A program made the translations under genes and the position numbers. Source: Takakia lepidozioides (lineage: Eukaryota > Plantae > Bryophyta). Taken from it: a DNA stretch of 64,000 nucleotides. The DNA lies in the NCBI GenBank assembly GCA_030704615.1, contig CM060731.1:44764001-44828000 (forward strand), read 5' to 3'. Position 1 is the stretch's first letter. The number at the start of each line of letters is the position of its first letter. Shown piece by piece: positions 1-12,359 of this stretch. The notes beneath the pieces were generated by a model that did no database searches, was not told where the DNA came from, and was given only the letters and a program-made list of their open reading frames with translations.

Positions 1-715
1 TTATTCAATTCTGTCGCAGAAACTTGTGCAAGACGTGGACGACGACAATCTTAAGAAGTACTACACTAACTAGCCCTCAAAGATTATATGGTCAAAGGAT
101 GTGATGAGGCTCGTGAAGCTATCTAAGCTCCTAAACGACCCGAATAAGGCGCAAAAATTTAACACAACATTTCCCGAGAAAGTTGCACATCCCTAAATGA
201 TTCATTGTGTTTTCTGTTCCTTTTGCTAAAGAACCAAATTATTTTCAAGCTCGGATTTAATGTGACGACGGACCGACGCATTACGAAGCAAGAGACACTA
301 CAAAAGGAGCTTCAAAAGGGAGGGTGTTACAATGAACGAGCGGGATGGTTTAAAATTCATTAATTCGACATGATGAGGTCTTTTGTAATGTGTCTTGTTT
401 GGTAATGAGGTGCTTGTCCAGCTCTTCTTTTCCCAATCTATTTATGTTCTCCACCTGGAACAGTTCCTCAAATGTGCCGCAAAAATACTTGAAAAACTTC
501 ATATGATCATGAAAATGTGATGTGGCGGAGAACGTTTCCAAAAGTTTTCAAGGTCATTGGGTTTTTCAACTATTTTCTAGGCACAATATTGGAACTGTTC
601 TTGGTGGAGAACATGAGCAGATTGGACAAATTTGACTTGGAGGAGCACCGCATTCCGAAGCATGAGATACTACAGAAAGAGCTTCAAATTACAAGGCACA
701 AGAAGATGGACGGAG

Positions 716-1444
716 TGTCGCGCACCTCACTTCGGTAAGCTCCCCTTCAAGTCATAGTTACTCGCTTTGATGCGCGCGCCTGACTCCCAACCTGGCCACC
801 CCGGCCAACTTGGAGCTTCGGCTGCTCACCGGGACATAACGGTCCCCCCCTTCGCTTCCCTCTAAACCCTCCACCTAATTGGGACTAGGAGAATTCTTTG
901 GTATGGCAGTCCGGAACAGCTCCCCACTCTTGGTCGCTTTCCTTTCTCGCTCGCTTACTCACTAGTTTTAGTCACCAACGGGCTTGCACCGTTCTCGGGG
1001 TTACTACTCCCTATATATACTTCTGTAGCTGTCCGCGGGGGTTCCACAACCAGCCATGCCATTTTATGGCGAACCACCACGAAAACCCTCGACTCCCGGT
1101 GATGAGTCGCGGTGAGTCTTGGCCCGCTCACCACGGCCCCTATGGACCGTGATGAGTCCCAAGACTCCCCACGACTCCCACCACGAGGTCTCCGCCCCCT
1201 TGGTGAGTCCTATGTCACCCCCACTAAGTCCCACTAAGCTACCACCACCCCTTGTGGAGCCACCCCCACCGCAACCCGGTGTGCGGGGCTCCACCTAGTG
1301 AGCGCCTCCGCTTCCCTGAGTGCCTTGGGCACTCAAGGGTGCTTCAGCCCCCCATACCTATCGCTGGCTGCCGCTGCCCCCACCACAGGGGCAGCCCCTC
1401 ATGTGTCCCCCGACCCCCTGCCCTCAAGGCAAAGGGCCGCGACA
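716..1444 (-). repeat. 3' LTR of chromovirus copy 1
   Basis: Near-identical to 6943-7670; TG...CA ends; preceded on the minus strand by purine-rich GGTAGGGGTGTG (1445-1456). Confidence 0.95.
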
Positions 1445-2347
1445 CACACCCCTACCAACAGGGAGTCGATGTCCTCATCGACTTGTCCATTTTGTAGAAA
1501 CGAACATCCAAGTTGTGGCGTCCCACATCAAGGAGTTTGTTTCCACCCCATGGCATCCCATGGCAAAGAACCAAACCCCACACTTGACTCTACTCTCCAC
1601 TAGCTAGTTCGGCCGACTTCCTTCAAGTCTCGGCCAAGGGTGGAGCCTCTCCAGCTCCACCCAGTGCACTCTTCTTGGCCTACTTCAAGGCCAAGGAACG
1701 ATCCTCCCCGAGGATCGAATCGCCTTACTGCAACAACATTGCTTGCGATCGCTCATGATGCCGCTTTTGGCATCACCTTGAGCAAGGGTTCACCTGGAAT
1801 CCTCTTTGACTAGAAGATAACCTTGAACCAACCGTGCGCCCCAATCACTACAATTGGGTCCGCCTTGGAATGTTGGCCTGAGGTACGGGAACATGCCGAA
1901 GCCGCACTACGACTTCGTCCCGAGGCTACACGATTATAGTACGTGAATGGAAGCACGTAGCTTCCGCGTTAGCCCGCACTACAAGGCAACCCCCTCGGTA
2001 ACGCAGTTATAGTACGCGCACGCGCCAGGTGCGCACTAGCACGTGAACTCCCAAAGAAGTCGCAAGTTTCCTTGCCCCTTGGATGGGGGTCACCCGATTT
2101 CGGCACTACGCAAACACACGATTAACCAATTTACCTCTCCCACTTTTATAGCTAGCATGCATTCTACACACTAGCCAACCATACCATGCATCACCATTCC
2201 AAACAAAATAGGACGCACAACATTTGGAACCCATTTCCTTTATAACAAATTTTTGTACAATACAAGTTTTTGTAATCGGATTCCTAAGCTAGCTAAGCCG
2301 GGCTAAGCATGCATTTCCTCCCCCACGCTCCAAGGTTGATGTCCCCA

Positions 2348-5300
2348 TCAACGTTTTCTTCCGCTTTTGAGGTCGCCCTTCGAAAGCTGCAACCGCCTCG
2401 GATGCGTTTCCCATTTCTGAGGCACGCACCCAAGATGCCTCCACATGATGATAGCCCTTCCATTTGACGAGATACTCCGTTTCTCTCTTCTGAACCTCCT
2501 CGACTTAAGTATTGCCTCCACCTCGTACTCAGGTTCATTTTCATGATCCAACAGCATAGGTGGCGGACGCAACACTTGATGTCGATTCGGACGCGCTTCA
2601 TCTTTGAAGTAAGGCTTCAAAAGGGAGACATGGAATACTGGGTGAACCTTGCTGTTTGCCGGCAGCTCCAATTCATACACATCCTCATTCATAACCTTCC
2701 GAATGCGAAAGGGTCCCGCATACGGAGGTACGAACTTCGGACTCACTTCCGGAGGTAGTCGGAAATTCTTGATGTTCAACCAGACCTCCGTGCCTGCCTC
2801 AAACTTCACTTCCCTCCGCTTCCGATTCGCCTGCCTTTCATACCGTTTCCTAGCTTTGGCAATGTTGTACTTTGCGAGCTTCAACAAACGCTCGCGTTCT
2901 TCCAGTACTGCTACTGCCGGTTCCTCAACGTCCTGGGCGGCCAACTTGTCGACACCAGAGGTGCTTTTCCATAGACCAATACAAAAGGGGAAACTCCCCG
3001 TTGCGGAGTGTTCTGTGTTATTATAACAGAACTCTGCCGCGTCTAAGTGTTCCATCCAGTCTGATTGGTCTGCCGACACGTAATTCCGCAAGAATTGCTT
3101 CACTACGGAATTCACTCTTTCCGTTTGGCCGTCCGTCGTAGGTCGGAAGGCGGTGCTCATCTTCAGCCTCGTCCCCATCTTCTTCCAAAGTGTCCTCCAA
3201 AATTTACTCGTAAACTTTGGATCACGATCCGAGACAATATCCTTCGGGACTCCATGATGCTTTAAGACGTGGCAAAGTAAAGTCGCCCTGTCTCCTGCGC
3301 TTGCCGTCCTCTGGTGGGATGAAATGGCCCATTTTACTGAACCTATCCACCACCCATGATTGCATCGAATCCTTTTGACAGCGGCATAGCAGTCATGAAA
3401 TCCATCGAGACGCTTTCCCAAGTCCCCTCTGGAATCGGCAAGGGTTATAACAGCCCCGCTTGCTTTTTGTACTCGCTCCGGTTTTGTTGGCATGTGGTGC
3501 ATGTCTTGACATACTCCTCTGCCTCCTCCCTCAGTTTGGGCCAGAAATACTCTTTCTTCAAGAGTGCCGCAGTGCGCTTGGCTCCGTCGTGGCCCGCAAG
3601 CGGGCTATCATGGCATTCTCTCAAGGCTATCTCTGATCCCTCCCTTCGGCACATAGAGACGTTTTTGCTTATACCGGAGCAGTCCATTTTGCAAGTGGAA
3701 CTGCGATTTAACCCCCATTCTCAAGTCCTGCATCACGGACTTTGCCAGCTCATCCTTCCGGCAAGCCTTCCGGATCTTCCTTTGGAGCGCCGTCTCGCCC
3801 TTGTACACCAACAAGAGCTGTTGCTTTCTACTTAAAGCATCGGCCACCACATTGTCCCGTCCCGGTTTGTACTGGATATCCACGTCGAACACTGCCAAAG
3901 TATCTTGTCACCTAAGTTGTTTTGGGGACAACTTGGGCTGCGTGGCAAAATACTTCACCGTGACATTGTCGTGAACACCTTCACTGGGTTGGAACCAACA
4001 TAGTGGCGCCAAGCTCAAGGCAATGCACCACCGCCTTCATCTCTTTTTCGTGCGTCGGCCACCGTCGCTCCACTTCATTCAGTTTCTTACTTTCGTAAGC
4101 CACTGGACGTCCATCTTGCATAAGTACACACCCCCAATCGCGAAGTCCGATGCATCTGTATGAATCTCAAACGGACGATCGAACTCCGGGATTTTCAAGA
4201 CTGGAGCTTCCGTCATCCGCTGCTTCAATTCAGCAAAAGCTTGGCCACAAAATGTGTTCCATACCCAGACTTTGGATTTACACAGAAGGTCCGACAGCGG
4301 CCCCGCGATCTTGGCGAAATTTCTCACACTTCCGGTAATAGGAGGCGAGTCCTAGGAAGGATCGCACTCCCGGGACCGAAGTCGGAGGCTCCCAGTCCAA
4401 GATCGCCCTCACCTTTCTGTCATCCATTTTGATCCCATCCTGTGTAATCACATGCCCCAGGAACTCCACTTTTGTGACCCCGAATTCGCACTTTGAAGCT
4501 TTGGCATACAGCTTCCCTTCCCGCAATTTTTGGAACACCCTTTTGAGGTGCTCCAGGTGCTCCTCCTTTGTTTTCGAGTACACCAAGATGTCGTCGATGT
4601 ACACGATCACAAAGTCATCCAACCACTCCTGGAAAAGGCTGTTCATCAGCGTGCTAAATGTCGCTGGTGCATTGGTGAGCCCAAAAGGCATCACCAAGAA
4701 CTCATATGAACCATACCTTGTCCTGCACGCGGTCTTCTCCTCATCTCCTTCCGCCACCCGAATTTGGTGATAGCCGGAGCGCAAGTCGATCCGGCTGAAA
4801 TACTTCGCTCCTGCCAACCGATCGAAGAGGTCGTCGATCCTTGGCAAAGGGTACCGGTTTTTGATAGTCACCTTATTCAGAGCCCTGTATCGACACACAT
4901 CCGCAGCGTCCCATCCTTCTTGTCTGCAATAGCACCGGGGCTCCGTAAGGTGACTTACTTACTCGGCCGGATGTACCCCTTTGACATTAGATCCTTGAGC
5001 TGAGTCTTCAGCTCGACCAACTCTCTGTGGCTCAACCGGTAGGGCGCCTTGGCAGGCGGTTCCGATCCCGGTATCACCTCAATCTTGTGGTCAACTCCTC
5101 TTCGCGGTGGCAAGCCGCTTGGTAAATCCTCCGGCATCACATCCTGGTATCTCAAAATCCCCTTGATCCAATCTGGGCTCGGCTCCCCATCGCCTTCTCC
5201 TTTCACTTCTCTAATGTAAAGCAAAAACTGGGGCCCGTGTGCCTCCTCCACGGCCCACTCCCTTTGCTGACAGAAGGTTTATTCGCCCTCCCACGGATTT

Positions 5301-6887
5301 GGGCGTTTCTGACACTCGTAAAACCTCGCCACCATTCCCATGGCAGCGTGACTACTCTCTTGCGGCCATCTATGACCGCTCCGGATTTGCTCAAAAAGGT
5401 CATCCCCAAAATGAGATCCACTCCATCGATCTCGCAGATGGTGAAGTTCTCACGTCCCTCCCAACTCCCCAGTTGAAGGGGAACATCAATCACCAACCTT
5501 GTCGCCAACTGTGGTTCTCCTTTGGCAGAACGCACCTCAATAGAGGCCCCCACGTCACTTGTCGGGAGTCCCAGCTTTGTGCGTTGCCGGTGTCATGAAG
5601 GAGTGCGACGCTCCTGTGTCCACCAACAACGACACATTAGTTCCGATTATCCCATCCACGAACAATAACTGACTCCTTTTTCGTAAGGCGCCAGTTCCTG
5701 ATACAACTCACAAGAAAATTTGCCTACCTTGCAAGTCCTGGCGACCACCGCTTCCACCAAGCGACTGATGGTATCTTCCGACAGCTCCGTGGTCGCCCGA
5801 GTCATGTTCAATTGTCGGGGCTTCGTGCACTTCTTGGCCATGTGCCCGGGCTCCCCGCAATTGAAACACACTCCATCAAAGGTCGCCTTCTGTCCGCCAT
5901 AAGCCGCTCCACCCGCTTTTCTTTCGAAGCACCGGGTGCCGCCTTGACGTGTGAAGGCCCTCCCTTCGATTTCCACATGCCATGTCGCCGCGTGGCCTAT
6001 CCCACTTTTTTTCCGGTCGGAAGGAGTCACCTTCCCGCCGGGCCTTCTTGTGGTTCAGCTCCGTACGGCCTTGTCTCTCACCCCTAGGGACATCCGAGAA
6101 ACATTCAGCCCTCTCAATTGCCTCGTTCAAAGTCTTGGGTGGCTTCTCTCCTCCAACTTCCGCCTGGCCCATGGGGCCAGTCCCGCCACAAAGTTGAAGA
6201 CCATTTCTGGTTCTGCATGTCCGCGACTTCGAGCAACAGCACATTGAAAGCCTGGACATACCCCCGAATGTCATCTGTTTGCTTCAAATTCCTCATCTTG
6301 TCCCGGGCAAGCCAGGACGCGTTGAGGGGCACAAACTGTCTCTTCATCAATTCCTTGAACCCACTCCAGTTCAAGGTTTCCGGACTTGGACCTCGGTCGT
6401 GAAGGCGTTTCTGTCACCATTGTTGAGCATAGCCCCTCAAATAGGTGGGAGCCACTTCCACCGATCCTCGTCACTCAACTTGGCCGCCGGAAGTACTGCT
6501 CCAGCTCCAAGCCAGGTGTTGAGTGCCTTCCGATTTCGGACGCCCTCGAAGGTGCCGGGTTCCTTAGGCTTCACCTTAAACTTTGCCTTAGTGGAAGTGG
6601 CATTAGCCGCCTTCAACACGTTTTTCAACGTCCCGCCAAACTGCGCCAACAACCCTTCCCTTCCCAAAGGCTGCCGGCATGGGAGGCATCTCTTGGTTTC
6701 GGGAGCTCTCAAGGATTCCTCGGGCTCCGACTCCTCGGATTCCTCCCTCTTGGGCGGCCTCGTTTTCGGAAACATGCATCGCTTCCTCAAACGGCCGCCT
6801 CGGTGACACGCCGCCCCCATCGGGCTCACCGGGATCATCATCTTTTGGGCCGTTCCGCTTTCGCTTCGCTTCGGCTTGCCCCCCCAT
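2348..6887 (-). CDS. gag-pol polyprotein (frameshifted in this assembly): gag/CCHC, protease, RT, RNase H, integrase, chromodomain
   Basis: [14 protein letters not shown] knuckle; [11 protein letters not shown] protease; [11 protein letters not shown]...[11 protein letters not shown]; [11 protein letters not shown] RNase H; [13 protein letters not shown]...TDGQTERVN integrase; [11 protein letters not shown] chromodomain start. Confidence 0.92.
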
Positions 6888-6928
6888 GATGAGGCCAATC
6901 CCAAGGACGATCGCGTACTGAACTCTAA

Positions 6929-6940
6929 GCTCTGATACCA
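6929..6940 (-). promoter_or_regulatory. Primer binding site, tRNA-iMet
   Basis: Minus strand TGGTATCAGAGC, 2 nt downstream of the 5' LTR. Confidence 0.92.
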
Positions 6941-6942
6941 AG

Positions 6943-7670
6943 TGTCGCGCACCTCACTTCGGTAAGCTCCCCTTCAAGTCATAGTTACTCTCGCTTTGAT
7001 GCGCGCGCCTGACTCCAACCTGGCCGCCCCGGCCAACTTGGAGCTTCGGCTGCTCACCGGGACATAACGGTCCCCCCCTTCGCTTCCCTAAAAAACCCTC
7101 CACCTCATTGGGACTAGGAGAATTCCCTTTGGTAGATGGCAGTCCGGAACAGCTCCCCACTCTTTGGTCGCTTTCCGGCTCGCTCGCTTACTCACTAGTT
7201 TTTGGTCACCAACGGGCTTGCACCGTTCTCGGGGTTACTACTCTCCCTATATATACTTCTGTAGCTGTCCGCGGGGGTTTCCACAACCAGCCATGCCATT
7301 TTATGGCGAACCACCACGAAAATCCTCGACTCCGGTGATGAGTCGCGGTGAGTCTTGGCCCGCTCACCACGGCCCCTATGGACCGTGATGAGTCCCAAGA
7401 CTCCCCACGACTCCTACCACGAGGTCTCCGCCCCCATGGTGAGTCCTATGCCACCCCCACTAAGTCCCGCTAAGCTACCACCACCCCTTGTGGAGCCACC
7501 CCCCGCAAAACCCGGTGTGCGGCTCCACCTAGTGAGCGCCTCCGCTCCTGAGTGCCTTGGGCACTCAAGGGTGCTTCAGCCCCCATACCTATCGCTGCCG
7601 CTGCCCCCCACCACAGGGGCAGCCCCTCATGTGTCCCGACCCCCTGCCCTCAAGGCAAAGGGCCGCGACA
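6943..7670 (-). repeat. 5' LTR of chromovirus copy 1
   Basis: Matches 716-1444; adjacent to the PBS; TATA-like GTATATATAG on the minus strand near 7250. Confidence 0.95.
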
Positions 7671-8175
7671 CGGAGATGAATTGGCAATCGAATCATCATT
7701 TGGAGTATAATATAATTGACATGATAGTTGTGACTTTTGTTTCATCTCAAAAATTAATATCAAATATCGAATGAAATGTCTAACTTTGGCCCTGATTATT
7801 TTCGCAGGAATTTATGCAAGCATGTCGACTCATACTGGAGATGAGTAACGTGAAGGAGGCCATGGTTCTGGTTCTCTGTGACGAAGACGTATGGAACCTG
7901 TGGGAGGAAGTGTTCAAACAGTGGGAACAAGGAAAGCTTATTGATATTTTCGGGATTCAGTGCAAGGGTGAACAGCTACTGCTGAATAAAACCGCTATCG
8001 CGAAACTGCAAGGACTTAATAGCAGGCAGTTAAAAAGAGTGGCGGATAAAATCCTGAACAGAGACATTTGCATTCGGGGAACGAAATTCAAGGGCACGGA
8101 CAAATCCAAAAACACAATGAGCGCGTATATTGACCAAATGAAATTGCGACGGTTTATTATCGACGATGTAATGGA

Positions 8176-8659
8176 TGTTGTGCACCTAAGCATCGTGCCA
8201 CAACATATCTCGCTGTCCACCATACATTCTAAGCACACAATCCTAGAAAGTTATGCCACAATAGATAATGGAAGTGAACACACAATGGAAACACTCCACT
8301 CATGAATCCACTCAATCACATAAACTAAGTCAAGCCAAGGGCACCTTTGCTAAGGGAATCCACCCTACAAAGCCCTCACCACACTCCTTCTCAATACCTA
8401 GAGCTATGGAGGTGGGAGATGAGCCCTCCTCAACACTCACAAGGGGAAAATCCATCCCCATGTCCCAAGTGAGGTTTGTCCCAACACACAAAATATAAAT
8501 ATAAATATCCAAAATGTCCTAGTTAACTAGAAGTAGGTAATTCTAGTTAACCATGACTAAAACCATGACAGCTGTCGTGCACCTAAGCATCGTGCCACAA
8601 CATACATCGCTGTCCACCATACATTCTAAGCACACAATCCTAGAAAGCTATGCCACAAT
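8176..8659 (-). repeat. 3' LTR-like terminus with an 87-bp direct repeat (8176-8262 and 8573-8659)
   Basis: TGT(T/C)GTGCACCTAAGCATCGTGCCACAACATA...GCCACAAT occurs twice; PPT-like CTAGGGGGGCGA directly precedes it on the minus strand. Confidence 0.7.
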
Positions 8660-8904
8660 CGCCCCCCTAGCTGGTGATTAGGTCCCTCTAACACCTGATA
8701 GCTGACAAGTATCCACCTCAATAAAATCATCGTTTGGTCTTCAATCGCACATGTCCCAGTATCTAAAGTCAATAGATCAAGAGGTCGGGTGCAAAAGTAG
8801 CCCCATCGTTACTTGCCTTTGTGCAATCCATGATCTTCAATTAAGTATCCATGGCGTTGAGCTAGACCTTGGATCATTTGTCAATTCCACCATTGTCATG
8901 CCCA

Positions 8905-9060
8905 CTACCTATGTCCAAGGCATCGTGGACACAACCATTCTCCACTAGGAACCTCCTCAAGTGGCGGTGTGTCAAGCATCCCATGTGCCACCTCCTTGAG
9001 CATTTGTCACACACCAACATGGTCACGGCACCACCAACATGCCCACATAGCATGCAACGC
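8905..9060 (-). CDS. PHD finger (C4HC3) at the polyprotein C-terminus
   Basis: CMLCGHVGGAVTMLVCDKCSRRWHMGCLT, then after a frameshift PPLEEVPSGEWLCPRCLGHR-stop. Confidence 0.88.
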
Positions 9061-9299
9061 AACCCCGCAAGTACCACTACAAGGTTGGGATCTATCCTCC
9101 CATCCATATGTGGAAGGTGACATGGCGCACAATTGCGCACATGGTCCTTCCATACCATGCCATCTCAACCCTCCAGAATCAACACTCCTGAAGGCAACAC
9201 CTCCCGGACCCTTAGAATCACACGTCCTGCTGTGACATCCAAACTTGACGTCTAGGAGTTACCTTTTGTTTTCAAAGTTCATCTTTTTAAGTGCGGATT

Positions 9300-10010
9300 A
9301 TTCCCATATTTGATACACATAGTCCCCAGGGTGGAAACGCCGATCACCAGGCCGATATCCCCCTCCACGTATAATGGCGTACCTCAATGTGTCTTGGTGT
9401 TGGGCAATAGCAAGGTTCTCAAAAGCCATAGGCATGACTCTCTTGAACAACTCTGCCCGCTGGGCACATGCTTGTCCACACATCGGATCATCAAGGTTGA
9501 GAACTACTGCAGTCTCCTTGCGAATAGATGCAGGCAAATCTGGCTCTCGGCCAAAGAGAAGGAAATAAGGCAAGAACGAGGCAAGTGAAGTTTGTTTGCT
9601 AAACGTAGCCCATGGCCAACCAAGGTAGCTGAAGGTCCCAATCTCCTAAGTGTCCCTTCTGCAAGCCATACTTGTGCAAGCCATACTTGTGCAAGCCTCG
9701 CTTGACTGTTTGTACAACCCTCTCTGCCAGGCCATCAGCCTCGGGATGATCCCGAGAAGTAGTGCGGTGATCTATCAAGGCTTGCCCACACAAAGCCTGA
9801 AACTCCCCCAAGAACTCTCTCCTCTGGTCCGTGAGTACCTCGGCTGGAGCACCAAATTGGCTAAGCACTCGATCTAAGAATGCATACGCAGCCCCCTCAC
9901 TTGCCTTGTCAGGCAATGCCACCAGTTCAATCCACTTGGAGAAATGTTTCACCATCACCAGCACATACTTGTTATGGCGAATCGTTAGTGACAATGGGCC
10001 TGCAAAGAAC
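9300..10010 (-). CDS. DDE integrase core (degenerate; HHCC region missing)
   Basis: YVLVMVKHFSKWIE...FGAPAEVLTDQRREF...HPEADGLAERVVQTVKRGL; PYFLLFGREP. Confidence 0.88.
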
Positions 10011-10066
10011 CCTTAATCTTTTGGGGAACTACTTTAAAACTCATGTTCCTTCCGGAGGCCAGAATT

Positions 10067-11800
10067 CTATCTGAGCGGGAGACCATGGCGTACCAATCGC
10101 GCTCGTTGTGTTGGATGATGCACAAACCTCACTCGTCCATCCTCCCATACTCGGAGTAGGTGAGTCCCCTCCCACTTGAACCTCTTGGCTCGTTGTAGGA
10201 TCTGATCTCTCTCCTTAGCAGTCACACTGGCTGTTTTCTCTCTAGTACAAATATAGGCCAACAGTGCTGCATCTTCATGCACATCCTTAGCACCACTAAG
10301 CTCCTCACTGATCTCCGGATCATCATGCACACCATCTACATGACCAATGCTATGGGATGGACCAGCTTGAGCTCCCATTGCTAGGATGCACAAAAAGGCA
10401 GATGCTTGCCATCCTGGCACCATCTCCTCATCCGTCTCACCATGCCACCGAGCTCCAGTATCATCATGCTCGCTCGTGCATGGATTACGACTCAATCCAT
10501 CTGCATCCTGATTGACAATACCGGCTCGATGCACCACCTGAAAGTCGTATTCTTGAAGCATAAGTGCCCACCGTGCAAGCTTCCATGTAAGCTTGTCTGA
10601 CTCCAAACCACTTCAATGGTTGGTGATCCGTGACAAGGTGAAGATTGCCATAGAGGTAGCATCTGAAATGTGCCACTGCCCATACCGCCTAGACACTCCC
10701 CTTCATAGGAACTATACGTCGCCTCGGCATCATTGTTTGAGCGGCTAGCATATGCCACTACGAACTCTCTTCCCTCATCATCCATCTTTGTGTGCACTGC
10801 CCCAATCCCCAGCATACTCCAATCCGTATGTAGCTGGAAAGGCCGCCCCCGAATAGGCCGCCTCAGAATAGGTGCAGACATCAATCGAGCTTTGAGTTCC
10901 TCAAAGGCTTCCTCCTGCTCCTCCTCCCACTGCCACTCCTGACCCACCTTGGTCAACTTAGCAAGAGCCTCAATGCTGCTAAATCCCTTGACAAACCGTC
11001 GATAGTAGTTTGCCAACCCCATGAAAGCACGAACTCTGCTAACATCTATGGGGCATGGAATGCGTGCAATGGCCTCCACCTTCGTCTTTTGAACACCCAA
11101 TCCTCTAGGGTATATCATGTGGCCCAGATACTCAATCTGGTTGTGGAAGAACTTGCACTTCCCAGGGTGCAATTTCAACCCATGCACTCTCAAGCGCGCT
11201 CAAACACCACTGAAGGTGTCTCTCTCTCATGCTCCTCAACCGTAGCACTAAAGACGATGATGTCATCAATGTAACACCGGGCAAAGTCTAGCCCCACGAG
11301 AATCCTATCCATAACCCTCTGAAACTCTGCAGGAGCATTCTTCAACCAAACGGTAGGAAGCGCCATTGGTACAAGCAATCCTTCCCATGTTGGTCAATCC
11401 CCCAGAATGCCGTCTTTTGCTTGTCAGACTCTTTGATTGGCAACTGGTGGTAACCGGATCGCAAATCCAATGTGCTAAACACCTTCGCATGCCCAATGGC
11501 ATCAAAGATTTCCTCTGGAGTTGGCATGACATATCTATCGGACTTAGTCTGACGGTTCACAGGACGATAGTCCCCACACATCCTTCTTTCTATCCATCGC
11601 CATAGATATCCTTCTTAGTTGGCATCACCGTTGCCGAGGCATACTCCCCGCCTGACAACTCCACCAATCCAGCTTCGAACAACTCCATAGTCCGTGACTG
11701 AATCAATGACCTCTCTCATGTCACTATAACCGGTAGGGCCTTCGAAAGATTGGCATGTCACTTGCCAAATCATACGAATCTCCTGACCCTTCAAACTCCC
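10067..11800 (-). CDS. Reverse transcriptase and RNase H (frameshifted)
   Basis: MCGDYRPVN...[14 protein letters not shown]...LPFGLKNAPAEFQRVMD...CYIDDIIVFS; FQLHTDWSMLGIGAV...VVAYASRS...YSSYEGE; VTDHQPLKW; LARWALMLQEYDF. Confidence 0.92.
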
Positions 11801-12359
11801 AAATCCTTCAAACCGAAGGCAAGCAATTTCTATAAGCCCTTAGAATTGTTGATCCTCCGTCTCTCTCCTCCGGTGACTGTAGGTCCAATATCTGGTTCCC
11901 AATTGTCCTCAGTGATGCAACCTTGGGTACATCAGGCTTGGGGGGTAGGAAGAGCGAATCATTTGGGTTGCTAGATAGCAACCTCTTGGGCCTTGTCCGT
12001 CCATCTGACTGTGGGCGTAGCCTCCACTTGCTCTGCTCTGCTATAACCCTTGAGAACATCCTCTGGAAGAAACATTCCACCTCTTCAAAAACATTAGTCA
12101 CCACCTTGGCCTCCACTGATCCTCAGTGTATGGCTCTCCCCACTTCCTCATATTGTTGTTTGAGAGATCCAAGGACTCTCTCTTTCCGCATCTCTCCACT
12201 CTGCCATGGGTGTTTGCACCCCTGATCCTGTGCTCGCCCCCACTCACTGCCTCAACCGTCCCGTGTGGCAGAGGGGATACCTATACCAAATGGGAGTGTA
12301 GAGTAGCCACCACTGTCTGCAACCTCCGTTGCTCAGCCATGCACAAGCCATGACTCATG

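Larger units (their letters stand above)
716..7670 (-). mobile_element. Full-length Ty3/gypsy chromovirus (Galadriel-like), copy 1
   Basis: LTRs TGTCGCG...CGCGACA at 716-1444 and 6943-7670; 5-bp TSD CGGAG at 711-715 and 7671-7675; tRNA-iMet PBS; gag-PR-RT-RH-INT-chromodomain order. The gag [15 protein letters not shown] and [14 protein letters not shown] / [13 protein letters not shown] motifs resemble Galadriel. Confidence 0.95.
517..8175 (+). pseudogene. Unknown multi-exon gene interrupted by two LTR retrotransposons (pieces ~517-715, 7676-7704, 7808-8175)
   Basis: Removing 716-7675 rejoins the frame ...KKMDG|DELAIESSFG. A GT..AG intron 7705-7807 then leads in frame into ORF 7814 (EFMQACRLILEM...), which is cut at 8175 by the next element. 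No recognisable family. Confidence 0.55.

Noticed and set aside
1078-1180. Hammerhead ribozyme (retrozyme-like) in the LTR: GAAA plus TGATGAG words
   Set aside because: The core reads GTGATGA rather than CTGATGA, copy 2 has GTGGTGA at the first site, and no consistent three-stem fold was found.
898-1607. Small ORFs in the LTRs (also 7108-7774, 14358-15088, 20161-20722)
   Set aside because: GC-rich LTR sequence; frames are not conserved among the four LTR copies.
8176-8659. DIRS/Ngaro split direct repeats
   Set aside because: The X-Y-X layout is similar, but the element has a DDE integrase and PPT and no tyrosine recombinase.
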